From the IMG/VR virus record IMGVR_UViG_3300027770_000026, positions 1-64,000 of that record: a stretch of DNA of 64,000 bases. One strand, written 5' to 3'. Shown one piece after another: positions 39,317-49,588 of this stretch. The notes beneath the pieces were generated by a model. It did no database searches, was not told the origin of the DNA, and saw only the letters and a list, made by a program, of their open reading frames with translations. Each line of letters begins with the position of its first letter. Within the stretch, counting starts at the first letter, position 1. A program made the position numbers and the translations under genes.

Positions 39317-40229
39317 ATTTGAATCCTGAAATTTGATTGTTAGTTCTTGCGTCTTCTATTGCTTGTTCTAGTATCTCAGATGCATAATACAGATAGGTAG
39401 TACTGGTGTGCCTGAAGTCAGCAGAAATGTCCAAGTCATAAGGTAACGTATCAACTCCGTGATTACTAAAATTAACAAAGATCTTCTTTGTATCTAATAG
39501 ATTTCTTTTAGTGTTAGTATATGTAAACGGTCCGCTGTTTTTACCTACAATGAGATTTACTTTAGTAGAGATATAGCTGATCTCGCAAAGGTCATTATCA
39601 CACTGAAACAAATCAGATGTGAATTTGATATTAGGTAGGACAGTATCAAACTTTTCGGTAACTAGAAAAGTTGCATCCTTGTGTCTTTCTGCTAAAATTT
39701 CTATAATGGATTTCATATTATCCATTTGACTTTGCATGCTCTGAACATGACCATTACAGAATAGATATATCTTTTCGTGATTGGTTAAAAACTGATTTGC
39801 AATGGTAAGATCATAATGATCATAATTGATATCTGGAATATAATGCCATATATTAGGGTTTAGCTTTACATTAACTGCTAGTTCTGAATTCAGTATGTTA
39901 TAGCAATTCTCAAATATCTTATACAGATAAACATAGGATGGGTGCCCTCCGGGCCATTGACCATGGTATGCGCCAACCCATGTGTTTAAAACTGGAATTA
40001 TACTACCATTAACATTAACTCTAACAAACTTCTCAAAATGATAATCGTTCCAAACAGATCTTGCTAATGCAGTATCTAAACTGGGCATTATATCATTCAT
40101 TACCTTATGATTACAAAAATGTGCGTAATATAGATGCAAATGCGATAATTGTTTAACTAAGTCGGCAACCATACCACGTATAATAAACAAATCACCATGA
40201 TGAGCATGGTTGCAGAACATTAGATTCAT
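39309..40229 (-). CDS. Putative glycosyltransferase-like protein
   Basis: NHAHHGDLF...IVGKNSGP; glycan-cluster context. Confidence 0.55.
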   Translation of the reverse strand: MNLMFCNHAHHGDLFIIRGMVADLVKQLSHLHLYYAHFCNHKVMNDIMPSLDTALARSVWNDYHFEKFVRVNVNGSIIPVLNTWVGAYHGQWPGGHPSYVYLYKIFENCYNILNSELAVNVKLNPNIWHYIPDINYDHYDLTIANQFLTNHEKIYLFCNGHVQSMQSQMDNMKSIIEILAERHKDATFLVTEKFDTVLPNIKFTSDLFQCDNDLCEISYISTKVNLIVGKNSGPFTYTNTKRNLLDTKKIFVNFSNHGVDTLPYDLDISADFRHTSTTYLYYASEILEQAIEDARTNNQISGFKYV

Positions 40230-40302
40230 ATCAATTGCCTACAACCAACACCGCATGCTGCTTTTTTTACAAGAGTGGGAGTTACAAATAGTACTGTTGA
40301 TT

Positions 40303-41304
40303 TCATTTAATGCTCGTAAGTATGTTGAGTAATTTAGTCTGACACGCTATCGGCGACCAATCTTTTTTCATTTGTTGTACCGCATCTTGTCCGTACTGCA
40401 ATGAATCTTTCAATGACCATTTGCTACAATCAGGTTGATATTGATGTATATGTCGCATGTGTGCCGATGAACTTACCGACAGCGGCCTTCCACTGGCTAT
40501 TGCAGGGTCTGCAGATCCTGATAATCCTGGAGTAGACCCGTCTCGTGTATACCAAAAAACATTAAGGCTGTTCTCTGAACACCACTTGTACAAGTCAATT
40601 CGACTCATGTGATGATTAGTAATAATTAATTTTACGGTTGAGCCAGTTTCTCTCTTGCACTGTCCGATGATATCATTGTACATGTCTTCGTGCATGCTAT
40701 AGTATGAATGAGGATAAGGAATATTCATTCGTACCACGCTTCGCTCAAATTCCATTCGCGCAGCTTTGACAATTAAGTTAAAGCATTTTGAATAGCAAGG
40801 AAACCCTAATGTGCCGATAACAGGAATACCTGTATCTTTATATTCAAAATTCATTGACGGAATGGGGCGAGGGAATGCATAGAATCTGGGATCATGATAT
40901 TTCATTGTAGGATCCAGGACCAGATATGCATCAAAATAATCTGGGTTATCTAAGTCAACCATTGGATCGTTTGGACGCATCTCTAGTACAATTGCTAGCA
41001 CTCGTCCAGGTAATTGTTTTAGATATTGTCCCTGGATTCCTATCATTTGTTGCATTGCAATTTTATGATAGTTGAATATATAAAAATCAAACGGAGGAAG
41101 AGTAATATTACTACTCTTCAGTGTTATTTTCCCCCGATGCAAATGATCCAGATCTAGGTCGTTTGCGTTGACATACTCCATGGACCAATTCGTACTATCT
41201 TTAACCGATTCATATATCATCGATCCTGACTCATGAATACTGCATATAGCCGCAGCAGTATTAACAAATAGAATTTTCATTTTAGGACTCATGAATGTTG
41301 TCAA
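40303..41304 (-). CDS. GT-B-like glycosyltransferase (paralogue of N-half of 37691-39316)
   Basis: IGTLGF...MNIPY...GLSGSADPAIASGRP. Confidence 0.65.
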   Translation of the reverse strand: MTTFMSPKMKILFVNTAAAICSIHESGSMIYESVKDSTNWSMEYVNANDLDLDHLHRGKITLKSSNITLPPFDFYIFNYHKIAMQQMIGIQGQYLKQLPGRVLAIVLEMRPNDPMVDLDNPDYFDAYLVLDPTMKYHDPRFYAFPRPIPSMNFEYKDTGIPVIGTLGFPCYSKCFNLIVKAARMEFERSVVRMNIPYPHSYYSMHEDMYNDIIGQCKRETGSTVKLIITNHHMSRIDLYKWCSENSLNVFWYTRDGSTPGLSGSADPAIASGRPLSVSSSAHMRHIHQYQPDCSKWSLKDSLQYGQDAVQQMKKDWSPIACQTKLLNILTSIK

Positions 41305-42016
41305 ACAAATAACTCATAAAGAATTTTGTATCATCACTATTAGAGAAAAATCTAGACACTCGATTCATATCCACTAGTTCTGGATGTACCCACCAATCCT
41401 CGTAATCTACGTATTCTAAATTACCGGTGCCAGCATCACCTGCACTAATATTGCTAGCAACTAATACATAACCATGACTCCATAGATAGTTGCGACTACT
41501 GTATTTGAATTTGGGGCCTGCATAGTAACAATCATGTTCGTATGTTATGACTGCAAAACGAAGAACATCTAACGGCAGTGCTCTGAGCGCAGCATATGTG
41601 TTTGACGCAGGTTCACAGTCAATACTGGCAAAATCAAGATCTCGTGTGTGTATCCCAGATTTCTCTAGTAGATCCAGATAGTCAACTGTGGTCGCATCGC
41701 TTACTACTGCTTTATTTTTTCTAGAAAGATTATAGCTCTGAACAATAGAATCTTCTATGTCTAAACTTACACCTTTCCATCCAAACTGTTGCTCTAATAG
41801 ATATGTATTTGAGTACGACTTTGGTTCGCCACACCCAATTTCTAAATAAGTGCCGTTACTCTTACCCTCTAGTATTCCCAATACAAACAGATCTTGCCCT
41901 GCCTGAGCATAGCATTCGTTTATTTGCTCAAACCCTGCATGTTTCATCTTAAATTTAGACTTCCTAATCTGATAATTTGGCGTTACCAGATGCAGTTGAT
42001 CGTTTTCAACTTTCAT
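41282..42016 (-). CDS. FkbM-like methyltransferase
   Basis: YAQAGQD, YLEIGC, SIDCEP, EDWWVHP. Confidence 0.8.
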   Translation of the reverse strand: MKVENDQLHLVTPNYQIRKSKFKMKHAGFEQINECYAQAGQDLFVLGILEGKSNGTYLEIGCGEPKSYSNTYLLEQQFGWKGVSLDIEDSIVQSYNLSRKNKAVVSDATTVDYLDLLEKSGIHTRDLDFASIDCEPASNTYAALRALPLDVLRFAVITYEHDCYYAGPKFKYSSRNYLWSHGYVLVASNISAGDAGTGNLEYVDYEDWWVHPELVDMNRVSRFFSNSDDTKFFMSYLFDNIHES

Positions 42017-42029
42017 TATAATATAAATC

Positions 42030-42773
42030 CTAAATTATTGAATTATGTTTGAACAAGAGGCTTTGTAGCTTCTGTGGTATAGATATATTTTGCCCAATAT
42101 CAACTTGCATTGTTGTTATAGTAGAAACTTTTTCTATTAGGAACCCGTGCTTAGTAAAATCATCTATTAGTTTGCTATATGTGTAGTTATTTTGTTTCAT
42201 CCAAAATTCATTGTATTCGCAAATAATCCTACCTATCTTATTTTTTTCTAATAGATTTCTCATGCCCCACAATGCATCAGGTTCGCTACCTTCTATGTCT
42301 ATTTTTACCAAATTGATGAAATCACATGCTGCTAGATCTTGATCGTTGTCCAACAGATCAACACTAACAAAAATTTTGTTGTGTTGACCTGCACCGGGTT
42401 GAGAAAAACAACTGGGAGTATACAAAGTTCCTGCTTCGGGTTCGTATAATGAAATATAGCCGCTAGTTTTACCTGCAGCTATATTTCTAATAAACAAGTT
42501 GCTAACATGACCAAGATTACTCACCAATGACTGGAATGCGCGGGGACCTGGTTCTATCGCAAAAACTTTTCCGGTTGGCCCAACTAAATTTAACGCCATA
42601 GTTGTATACCAACCAAAACTTGCGCCAATATCCACAAATACTTGTCCTGGCCTCAATGTATCAATGACCCATTGAGATTCTTCGGGCTCATATCCATTGA
42701 TCAACATCATGTATTGAATGAGTTCTTTTTCATCCAAAGTCATTTGATACCCATTCACAACTTGTGTGTACAT
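42030..42773 (-). CDS. FkbM family methyltransferase
   Basis: VDIGASFGWY, AIEP, KIDIEGSE. Confidence 0.9.
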   Translation of the reverse strand: MYTQVVNGYQMTLDEKELIQYMMLINGYEPEESQWVIDTLRPGQVFVDIGASFGWYTTMALNLVGPTGKVFAIEPGPRAFQSLVSNLGHVSNLFIRNIAAGKTSGYISLYEPEAGTLYTPSCFSQPGAGQHNKIFVSVDLLDNDQDLAACDFINLVKIDIEGSEPDALWGMRNLLEKNKIGRIICEYNEFWMKQNNYTYSKLIDDFTKHGFLIEKVSTITTMQVDIGQNISIPQKLQSLLFKHNSII

Positions 42774-42776
42774 AAA

Positions 42777-44003
42777 TTACTTGCTAATTACCTGAAAACG
42801 TGGGCAAGGTACAACTAATTTACCGCCCGCATTAATAAAGTCTTGCTCTCGCTTGACAAATTCATCAATAAAGTGCCAGGGCAGAACTAGCAGATAATCA
42901 GGTTTAGCAGCTCGCATTTCTTCCTCACTAACAATGGGAATACGTGTACCTACAGTTTCCAATCCAAACTTGTATGGACTACGTTCCGCAATAGCAGTAA
43001 CTAGGTCGGGCGTAATACCAAACAATTGTAATAGAGTATTGCCCTTAGTGCTAGCCCCATATCCATAAACAGTCTTGCCTTCTGCTTTGGCTGCATGTAG
43101 GAACTCCGTTACTTCACGCTTAAGCTGATCAATATTAGCACCAAAGTCTGCCCACAATTGGGGATTGCTTAGATCCCAGTGTGCAGCTTCATATTCCAAT
43201 GTGCTAGCAACGCGGTAGTCGCATACATCGCGCTGCTGTTGTGTGGCAAAGGTGCGCTTGTCACTGGTACTTTTTTGGAAGTAGACGCGGAAACTACCAC
43301 CGTTGGTGTCATTGAGGCTGCAATCGCGGATTACAAAGCCTTCTGCTTCAAACAGTGCCTTGATACTGGTGAGATTGTAATAGTACACATGTTCGTGGCA
43401 AATGTTATCGAATGCCATCTGCTTAAGCATGAGCGGAGTGTAGCTCATCTGCACCACAAACACACCATCGTCTGCTAGGATCTTGTGTACATCACGAATA
43501 AAGGGACGTGGATTTTCTAGATCGTAGAACATAGCAACACAGGTCACTACCTTGGCCTTGCGATCACCGTAGCCCGTGCGCTGATATGCTGCTTCACTGA
43601 AGAAGTCCTGCACTACTGCGTCTGCCACACGAGTACTTTCTGCAATATAGCTATCATCTGCTGGGTCGATACCCACTTTAATAGCAGTATCTGGCACTGC
43701 AGCTAGTAGTGTGCCGTCATTACAAGCAATATCCAACCAAACATCGCCAGTCTTAATGCTGACGCGCTCGCAAACTTCGGCTACAATCTGTTGTAGCTGC
43801 TTGGTCATGCTGGTGTTGATACCCGAACGATACCAATACTGTCCATACATCTTGTCTAGGGGAGCAACACCGTCCAGGCGTACTGCACCAATAGTTTCAT
43901 CCAGATAAAGATCCAAGCTCCAGGGCTTGGTTTCGCGCATCTCACTGCCGGGCTTTACAAAATCACTTACGTAGTGATTGCCTAGTTCTAGTAACTTCTT
44001 CAT
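42777..44003 (-). CDS. NDP-sugar C-methyltransferase-like protein
   Basis: LDIACNDG, FDNICHEH, YGASTKGN, LPWHF. Confidence 0.88.
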   Translation of the reverse strand: MKKLLELGNHYVSDFVKPGSEMRETKPWSLDLYLDETIGAVRLDGVAPLDKMYGQYWYRSGINTSMTKQLQQIVAEVCERVSIKTGDVWLDIACNDGTLLAAVPDTAIKVGIDPADDSYIAESTRVADAVVQDFFSEAAYQRTGYGDRKAKVVTCVAMFYDLENPRPFIRDVHKILADDGVFVVQMSYTPLMLKQMAFDNICHEHVYYYNLTSIKALFEAEGFVIRDCSLNDTNGGSFRVYFQKSTSDKRTFATQQQRDVCDYRVASTLEYEAAHWDLSNPQLWADFGANIDQLKREVTEFLHAAKAEGKTVYGYGASTKGNTLLQLFGITPDLVTAIAERSPYKFGLETVGTRIPIVSEEEMRAAKPDYLLVLPWHFIDEFVKREQDFINAGGKLVVPCPRFQVISK

Positions 44004-45026
44004 TTATACCTCTCGTTTAGCTTGTTCATAGTCGGACTCGCACATATCACGTACAAGTTGTGCAAGATCACAATCAGGTTCCCATCCTAATATTTCTTTA
44101 ATTTTAGTTGGATCACCTAGAAGATTAGTAACGTCAACTGGGCGATAGTATGCGGGGTTAACACGTATTAGTACTTGCCCCGTATTAACATCGCGACCTA
44201 TTTCGTCAACGCCTGACCCTTCCCATTGCAAATCAATACCATAGTATTCCGCGGTAAGTTTGCAGAACTCTCGAATACTGGTTTGCTTGCCGGTAGCAAC
44301 TACATAGTCGTCGGCTCGATCTGTTTGTAGCATCATCCACATGGCACGTACATAGTCCTTAGCATGCCCCCAATCTCGCTTGCTGTCTAGATTACCTAGT
44401 TCAAGCACGTTCTGTTTACCTAACATCATGCGAGCAAATGCGCGGGTGATCTTGCGTGTAACAAATGTTTCACCACGTCGTGGACTTTCGTGATTGAACA
44501 GTATGCCATTACAAGCAAACATGTTGTAGCTTTCACGATAGTTTACAGTGATCCAATAGGCATATAGTTTAGCTACGCCGTATGGACTGCCCGGATAGAA
44601 TGGCGTAGTTTCATTTTGCGGACTGATTTGCCCCACACCAAACATTTCGCTGGTACTGGCTTGATAGAACCTAATACGGTCTTCCATCTTGAGACTGTGT
44701 ATTGCATCTAGTATGCGTAGTGTACCTAGTGCATTAATATCGCTGGTCATAACAGGAGCGTTAAAGCTAACCTTAACATGACTTTGAGCAGCTAGATTGT
44801 ACAACTCATCTGGACGAATTTCGTCAATCAGATTGCGAAGACTATTGCCATCGCTGAGGTCGCTTTGCTGCAATATAATGTGCTGCTTGAGATGACTGAT
44901 GTTTGGATGTGCTGCGTCTGCCGTTCTACGTACTAGTCCATGTACTTCATAACCCTTGTCTAGTAACAGTTCCGCAAGGTAGCTGCCATCTTGTCCGGCA
45001 ACACCTGTAATAAGTGCTCGCTTCAT
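44004..45026 (-). CDS. gmd: GDP-mannose 4,6-dehydratase
   Basis: [44 protein letters not shown]. Confidence 0.96.
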   Translation of the reverse strand: MKRALITGVAGQDGSYLAELLLDKGYEVHGLVRRTADAAHPNISHLKQHIILQQSDLSDGNSLRNLIDEIRPDELYNLAAQSHVKVSFNAPVMTSDINALGTLRILDAIHSLKMEDRIRFYQASTSEMFGVGQISPQNETTPFYPGSPYGVAKLYAYWITVNYRESYNMFACNGILFNHESPRRGETFVTRKITRAFARMMLGKQNVLELGNLDSKRDWGHAKDYVRAMWMMLQTDRADDYVVATGKQTSIREFCKLTAEYYGIDLQWEGSGVDEIGRDVNTGQVLIRVNPAYYRPVDVTNLLGDPTKIKEILGWEPDCDLAQLVRDMCESDYEQAKREV

Positions 45027-45113
45027 TTAACTTCCTATGTGAAATACTATGTGTAATTATGTGCGTACTAACACACTGGGAAAATTTTGCGGCGCGTCAG
45101 CAATAGTGCGAAA

Positions 45114-45189
45114 TGGTACCCGGTGACGGAATCGAACCGCCGACATTTGCCGTGTAAAGGCAACGCTACTACCGCTGAGCTAACCGGGC
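45114..45189 (-). tRNA. trnV: tRNA-Val(UAC)
   Basis: TT-TAC-AC loop, CCA. Confidence 0.93.
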
Positions 45190-45195
45190 ATAAAC

Positions 45196-45271
45196 TGGCG
45201 TCCCTAAGGGGATTCGAACCCCTGTCGTCGCCGTGAAAGGGCGATGTCCTAGGCCTCTAGACGATAGGGAC
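45196..45271 (-). tRNA. trnE: tRNA-Glu(UUC)
   Basis: CT-TTC-AC loop, CCA. Confidence 0.95.
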
Positions 45272-45279
45272 AATAAACT

Positions 45280-45355
45280 TGGTGCCCCCACACGGATTCG
45301 AACCGCGGACCTACTGATTACAAATCAGTTGCTCTACCAGCTGAGCTATAGGGGC
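45280..45355 (-). tRNA. trnT: tRNA-Thr(UGU)
   Basis: TT-TGT-AA loop, CCA. Confidence 0.95.
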
Positions 45356-45364
45356 AATGTAGTA

Positions 45365-45392
45365 ATTATACACGATTATGCTCGTGTGTAAA
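45365..45392 (-). promoter_or_regulatory. Sigma70-type promoter for Thr/Glu/Val tRNAs
   Basis: TTTACA-N16-TATAAT. Confidence 0.65.
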
Positions 45393-45404
45393 ATTTATTT
45401 TGAA

Positions 45405-45779
45405 TTACAGGGGCAGTTTCTTAGCAGCAGCCAGTGCTTGCTCTAGATCGCGTTTGGTAAATGCGCGTAGCTCGCCTCGAGCGACAGTGTCCTTAATAAG
45501 GTCCTGATCAAAGTCAATGACTTGAACATCTTCTCCACCAGTATCATCCGGACCTAATAGCGTATCCTCACTATCATGACGTCCGCGACAATCGTATGCG
45601 GTGCCGTTGGGTGCGGTTATGAACACATGATCCACTCTAAAATTTTCGTCTTCACCATCTTCATCCCACCCTATGCGGGCACGTATAGTCCAGTCTGGAT
45701 GCAGTTTCTTTAGTGCGATAGCCATTACATGACAGTGACCTGTCATGTAATCGGGAGACTCAATCTCATCTATACGCAT
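45405..45779 (-). CDS. Hypothetical protein (MRIDEI N-terminus)
   Basis: 124-aa ORF; GHCHVMA...HVF. Confidence 0.7.
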   Translation of the reverse strand: MRIDEIESPDYMTGHCHVMAIALKKLHPDWTIRARIGWDEDGEDENFRVDHVFITAPNGTAYDCRGRHDSEDTLLGPDDTGGEDVQVIDFDQDLIKDTVARGELRAFTKRDLEQALAAAKKLPL

Positions 45780-46606
45780 TAACGCAGTCTACGAGCGGGA
45801 GGTGGTAGTGAGGTTACTTCGTCTGGCGCAGCAACTTGTCCGCCGCTGATACTGTCCTTGCTGGGCCACGAATAGATGTAGCGTCCCGCAAAGTCCTTGA
45901 CCATCATAAAGGTATAACCATCAGCTTCGAACATGCTAATCTGCGCATCGTAGTCAGGCATAAGCTCGCGCATGCTAACTTCAGCTTGGCGCAGTCTACG
46001 GCCGCGATCACGCAGTTTGGCAGCAACTATATTAAGTTCATGCTGTTCGTTTGGACCTTGTTTGCCTAGAGTTGCCAGCACGTTGATCTTCTCGATTGGT
46101 GTGCGTGTGAACATGCTGAATAGCTGTCGTCCCATAGCACGTATGGGCTTGCTGATGTATCCGGGCAAGTTCTTAACTTGGTGCCATTTGGGTTGTATTT
46201 CGTCGCCACGCATGAGTCCACGCTGTAGTACAGCAGGTAGATTATCTGTGGTTGGTACGGTGGGTTCATCAAATCCAAGTTCAGTATCCAGATCAGGTTC
46301 TTGACTTGTATCAATTTGATTCAGATTGCGTGTCAAATCCAGCATGTGACGCATGCCTTCGGGACCAGTAGTTATGTTACTGGTTCTAGCACGTGTCTTT
46401 TCAGCACTTGCAGTACGCTGTGCTGCAGGCTCTGTCTCGGGCTTGCCGGTAGTAGGAGCAGCACGACCAATCTCAGGATCTTTAATATCTAAACCTGGTA
46501 GTTTAGTCTTGTCCTGAGTCTTAGTGGGCTTGCCCTTTTTATCTTCATCGTCTGCTTCGTGCAGCAGACCGTAATTGAACAGTTGGAAGTTATGATATTG
46601 TGCCAT
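45779..46606 (-). CDS. Hypothetical protein
   Basis: ATG 46606 lies 5 nt after TAAATA. Confidence 0.7.
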   Translation of the reverse strand: MAQYHNFQLFNYGLLHEADDEDKKGKPTKTQDKTKLPGLDIKDPEIGRAAPTTGKPETEPAAQRTASAEKTRARTSNITTGPEGMRHMLDLTRNLNQIDTSQEPDLDTELGFDEPTVPTTDNLPAVLQRGLMRGDEIQPKWHQVKNLPGYISKPIRAMGRQLFSMFTRTPIEKINVLATLGKQGPNEQHELNIVAAKLRDRGRRLRQAEVSMRELMPDYDAQISMFEADGYTFMMVKDFAGRYIYSWPSKDSISGGQVAAPDEVTSLPPPARRLR

Positions 46607-46636
46607 ATGTGTATTTAGCATAGTGGCACAATTAGC

Positions 46637-47158
46637 TTACTTACCTGGTGGGTTATATGTTTGCTCGTACTCTGCTTTGGCAATACGATAATAGCCAGCA
46701 TCACCATCTTTAACCAAGTAGTCGCCAGGCTTGAGTACCATGGACTCGCCCCAGGGAGCAGTAAAGTTTACCATGTCCTTGCCCGTGTATGCAGCAACCA
46801 TACGCGGACTCTGTTCGGGAATCGCAGTATCGCCTGTTACTTGATATAGCTTAGGGAACTTAGCAGCTTTAAGTACATACTGTTCCTTACTGGGCCCACT
46901 CATAATGATATCGCCCGGAGCAGCTACGTTCTGAGTTTCCTTGCCATCCGCTGTAACTGTTACAACTGGCATTTCCTTTTCTGCAGTAGCGTAGCTCATC
47001 GCTGGCATGTTTTCCGTGCTTGCTACCTGTGTGTACTTTTTGGCCAATTTGCGTGTTGGCTTAAATTCTAAACTTGCAGCAACTTGGCCAATGTCAACCA
47101 AAGGAGCTTCTGCTTCCATAACGATATCCGAATACTTTCTAAAAAATTCAGTGGTCAT
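46637..47158 (-). CDS. PGDYG-like domain protein
   Basis: AAPGDIIM...TAPWGE...KPGDYLV. Confidence 0.6.
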   Translation of the reverse strand: MTTEFFRKYSDIVMEAEAPLVDIGQVAASLEFKPTRKLAKKYTQVASTENMPAMSYATAEKEMPVVTVTADGKETQNVAAPGDIIMSGPSKEQYVLKAAKFPKLYQVTGDTAIPEQSPRMVAAYTGKDMVNFTAPWGESMVLKPGDYLVKDGDAGYYRIAKAEYEQTYNPPGK

Positions 47159-47183
47159 ATCTACTATCCTTATGTTTATAAAA

Positions 47184-47257
47184 TGGAGCGGGATAGGGGA
47201 ATCGAACCCCTGACAAGAGTTTGGAAAACTCTAGTTTTACCATTAAACTAATCCCGC
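47184..47257 (-). tRNA. trnG: tRNA-Gly(UCC)
   Basis: TT-TCC-AA loop, CCA. Confidence 0.95.
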
Positions 47258-47264
47258 AATAATC

Positions 47265-47864
47265 TTATCCTATCTTCTGAATAACTAATACCATATCATC
47301 ATAGCGCATGTTGATATTACGTAGATCAAACACTTGAATTCGTGTTCTCATCCCATTGGGACTGAGATCATCGAGCAGTGTTTTAATCCAGGCAGAATCT
47401 GGAATGTCTTCGATGACTGCAATACCATTGATATTTAGTTTTGACAGATAGTGCTTAATAAAAAATCTCATCGAGTCCAGTGTGTGGGGACCATCATCAA
47501 TGATGATGTCATACCCGTTGTCTAGCTCGTTAACTGTTTCTGTAGTATACGCATCACATTTCTTTAGTTGTATTCTGTCGTGCTGCTTCCAAAAAAATAG
47601 ACTAATCGTATTATCTAAGCCTTGTATCTCGGCATTGGGAAAGTAACGCTGCCACAACAGCATAGACCCACCATTATGTACCCCAATTTCTAAAACTTTT
47701 TTAGTGGAAAGTCTATAGGGTGCAAATAGCGTTTCGTATACTTCATCAATATAACAATGTCCATTGACTCCTAAGTTCTTATCTAAAACTTGATAGTTTG
47801 GCAAATCTGTTCTGTGTGATCTTAGAACATCATTTGCCAGCTCGCTTAGTAATTTCATTATCAT
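47265..47864 (-). CDS. Class I SAM-dependent methyltransferase
   Basis: VLEIGVHNGGS, IIIDDGPH, IEDI; ATG 47864 after AGGAG. Confidence 0.85.
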   Translation of the reverse strand: MIMKLLSELANDVLRSHRTDLPNYQVLDKNLGVNGHCYIDEVYETLFAPYRLSTKKVLEIGVHNGGSMLLWQRYFPNAEIQGLDNTISLFFWKQHDRIQLKKCDAYTTETVNELDNGYDIIIDDGPHTLDSMRFFIKHYLSKLNINGIAVIEDIPDSAWIKTLLDDLSPNGMRTRIQVFDLRNINMRYDDMVLVIQKIG

Positions 47865-47878
47865 ACTCCTATTAAATC

Positions 47879-47966
47879 TGGCGGAGACGGTGAGATTCGA
47901 ACTCACGGACCAATTACGGTCGCCTCGTTAGCAGTGAGGTACTTTCGGCCACTCAGCCACGTCTCC
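47879..47966 (-). tRNA. trnS: tRNA-Ser(GCU)
   Basis: CT-GCT-AA loop, long V-arm, G73, CCA. Confidence 0.93.
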
Positions 47967-47970
47967 AATT

Positions 47971-48047
47971 TGGCGCCCCCGGAAGGATTCGAACCTCCGA
48001 CCTGGTGGGTAGAAACCACTCGCTCTAATCCTCTGAGCTACGGGGAC
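47971..48047 (-). tRNA. trnR: tRNA-Arg(UCU)
   Basis: TT-TCT-AC loop, CCA. Confidence 0.9.
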
Positions 48048-48054
48048 AAAATTC

Positions 48055-48140
48055 TGGTGCAAGTGGCGGGACTCGAACCCGCAAGCCATTACAGCGACAG
48101 ATTTTAAGTCTGTTGTGTATACCGATTCCACCACACTTGC
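48055..48140 (-). tRNA. trnL: tRNA-Leu(UAA)
   Basis: CT-TAA-AA loop, long V-arm, CCA. Confidence 0.95.
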
Positions 48141-48147
48141 ATAATAA

Positions 48148-48783
48148 TCATACGATCCCACACCGCCACAAGAACAATGTTCTGTCGCTTGTAGTAGGGT
48201 CTTCTGCTGTACCTTCAAAAATAAAGTCTACTGGCTGTGGCAAGTTGAAAGGAGGCAGAAATAGGTTCAACCTAGTCCACTGTACACGACCAGATGAATC
48301 GTCAACACAGTCTTCGTTAGGATATGCTTTCCATGTATAAGACGTAGTTAAAATATATTTTGCACCCGATCGTTGAATATTAGTCAATGCACGATGTATA
48401 TTGGAAAACGACATATGAAACAAGCAATCGCGGCACATTACAAGATCCACCTTGGGTAGATCGTCTGTCAGCAAATTAAGCGTTCTGAAATCGACAGAAG
48501 GGAATCGCTTTTTATTATCCTCGATCATAACTGGCACAATGTCTGCGCCAATATACTTTGTATATCCTAGATCAACATGCTGCATCCAGTTAAAATCACC
48601 GCAAGGAATATCCAACATAGATGTAATGTTATGACGTTCTAATAGTAACGGTAATTCCCGTCTAATATTAACTGTTTGTCGCAAAGTAGAGCCCAATCCT
48701 GATTTGGTCTCGGGATAACCGCCATATGGACCCCATATGTCGTTAACGTATGCATCGGTAAAAATTTGTTCTTCTTTGTTCAT
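48148..48783 (-). CDS. Class I SAM-dependent methyltransferase
   Basis: SGLGS, LDIPCGDFNW, GADIV, CRDCLFH. Confidence 0.85.
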   Translation of the reverse strand: MNKEEQIFTDAYVNDIWGPYGGYPETKSGLGSTLRQTVNIRRELPLLLERHNITSMLDIPCGDFNWMQHVDLGYTKYIGADIVPVMIEDNKKRFPSVDFRTLNLLTDDLPKVDLVMCRDCLFHMSFSNIHRALTNIQRSGAKYILTTSYTWKAYPNEDCVDDSSGRVQWTRLNLFLPPFNLPQPVDFIFEGTAEDPTTSDRTLFLWRCGIV

Positions 48784-49193
48784 ATTTCTGTCCAACTGTA
48801 ATCACCCAAACATTTTACTTCCGCAACATAATGGTAGTCAACCGGTATTCCGGAAGACCATTCGGTGGGACCAGTAAATGCCAGTATCACTTTGTTCTTG
48901 CGAGTATCACGGACCAGCCAATAGCTGCGTCCGGGTACTACCTTAAAGTTATATTCTGCAGCGTGTACCATATCGGTAACTTCTAGCCTACGCTGTATAG
49001 CGTCTGCTTGCCGTTTAAGTACAGTAACCACTTCCATAATACGATGGTATTCTTGCTCGGCTTGCATGCGAGCAATGTTACGCATAATGTCTTTTTCTTC
49101 GTGAATGGCGATGGGCGCAAATTTTGGCGCACCAACTTCCATTGGATACGCTATTGCGTGTCGCTTCATACGATCTTCGTCAGTTAGGTCCAT
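48780..49193 (-). CDS. DUF2452-like hypothetical protein
   Basis: YPMEVGAPKF...GPTEW...GDYSW. Confidence 0.6.
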   Translation of the reverse strand: MDLTDEDRMKRHAIAYPMEVGAPKFAPIAIHEEKDIMRNIARMQAEQEYHRIMEVVTVLKRQADAIQRRLEVTDMVHAAEYNFKVVPGRSYWLVRDTRKNKVILAFTGPTEWSSGIPVDYHYVAEVKCLGDYSWTEI

Positions 49194-49206
49194 GCTGCTT
49201 CTTTGT

Positions 49207-49280
49207 TGGCACCGGATGAGGGAATTGAACCCCCGTTAACGGTTTTGGAGACCGCTGTAATACCATTATACCAATCCGGC
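49207..49280 (-). tRNA. trnW: tRNA-Trp(CCA)
   Basis: CT-CCA-AA loop, CCA end. Confidence 0.95.
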
Positions 49281-49289
49281 AAATAAAAG

Positions 49290-49366
49290 TGGTCGGGATG
49301 ACAGGATTCAAACCTGCGACATTTTGCTCCCAAAGCAAACGCTCTATCAAACTGAGCTACATCCCG
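49290..49366 (-). tRNA. trnP: tRNA-Pro(UGG)
   Basis: TT-TGG-GA loop, CCA. Confidence 0.93.
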
Positions 49367-49407
49367 TCAAACTATTTAATACTGCTGTTGAGCAGTGTTA
49401 ACAAAAT

Positions 49408-49498
49408 TGGTCCTTGACCTGGGTAACGATCCCAGCCGTGAACGGTAATCTGCCGCTAAAGAGTTTATAAATCTCTCCTGCACCCTGTGCTGTCAAGG
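49408..49498 (-). tRNA. Atypical tRNA-like gene, anticodon UAU, long variable arm
   Basis: CCTTGAC/GTCAAGG-A-CCA acceptor; GCAC-AGG-GTGC mini D-arm; TTTATAA loop; T-loop ATCGTTA. Confidence 0.7.
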
Positions 49499-49503
49499 AA
49501 ATT

Positions 49504-49579
49504 TGGTGAGACTGGTGGGGTACGATCCCACGACACACGGATTAAAAGTCCGATGCTCTACCAACTGAGCTACAGTCCC
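49504..49579 (-). tRNA. trnK: tRNA-Lys(UUU)
   Basis: CT-TTT-AA loop, CCA; T-loop ATCGTAC atypical. Confidence 0.92.
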
Positions 49580-49588
49580 AATATGTGT

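Noticed and set aside
47928-48218. ORFs over tRNA genes (also 52741-53019, 47007-47213, 37516-37701)
   Set aside because: They overlap clear tRNAs; spurious
49408-49499. tRNA-Sec interpretation of the atypical tRNA
   Set aside because: Anticodon is UAU not UCA, discriminator is A, and the D-arm is short rather than extended
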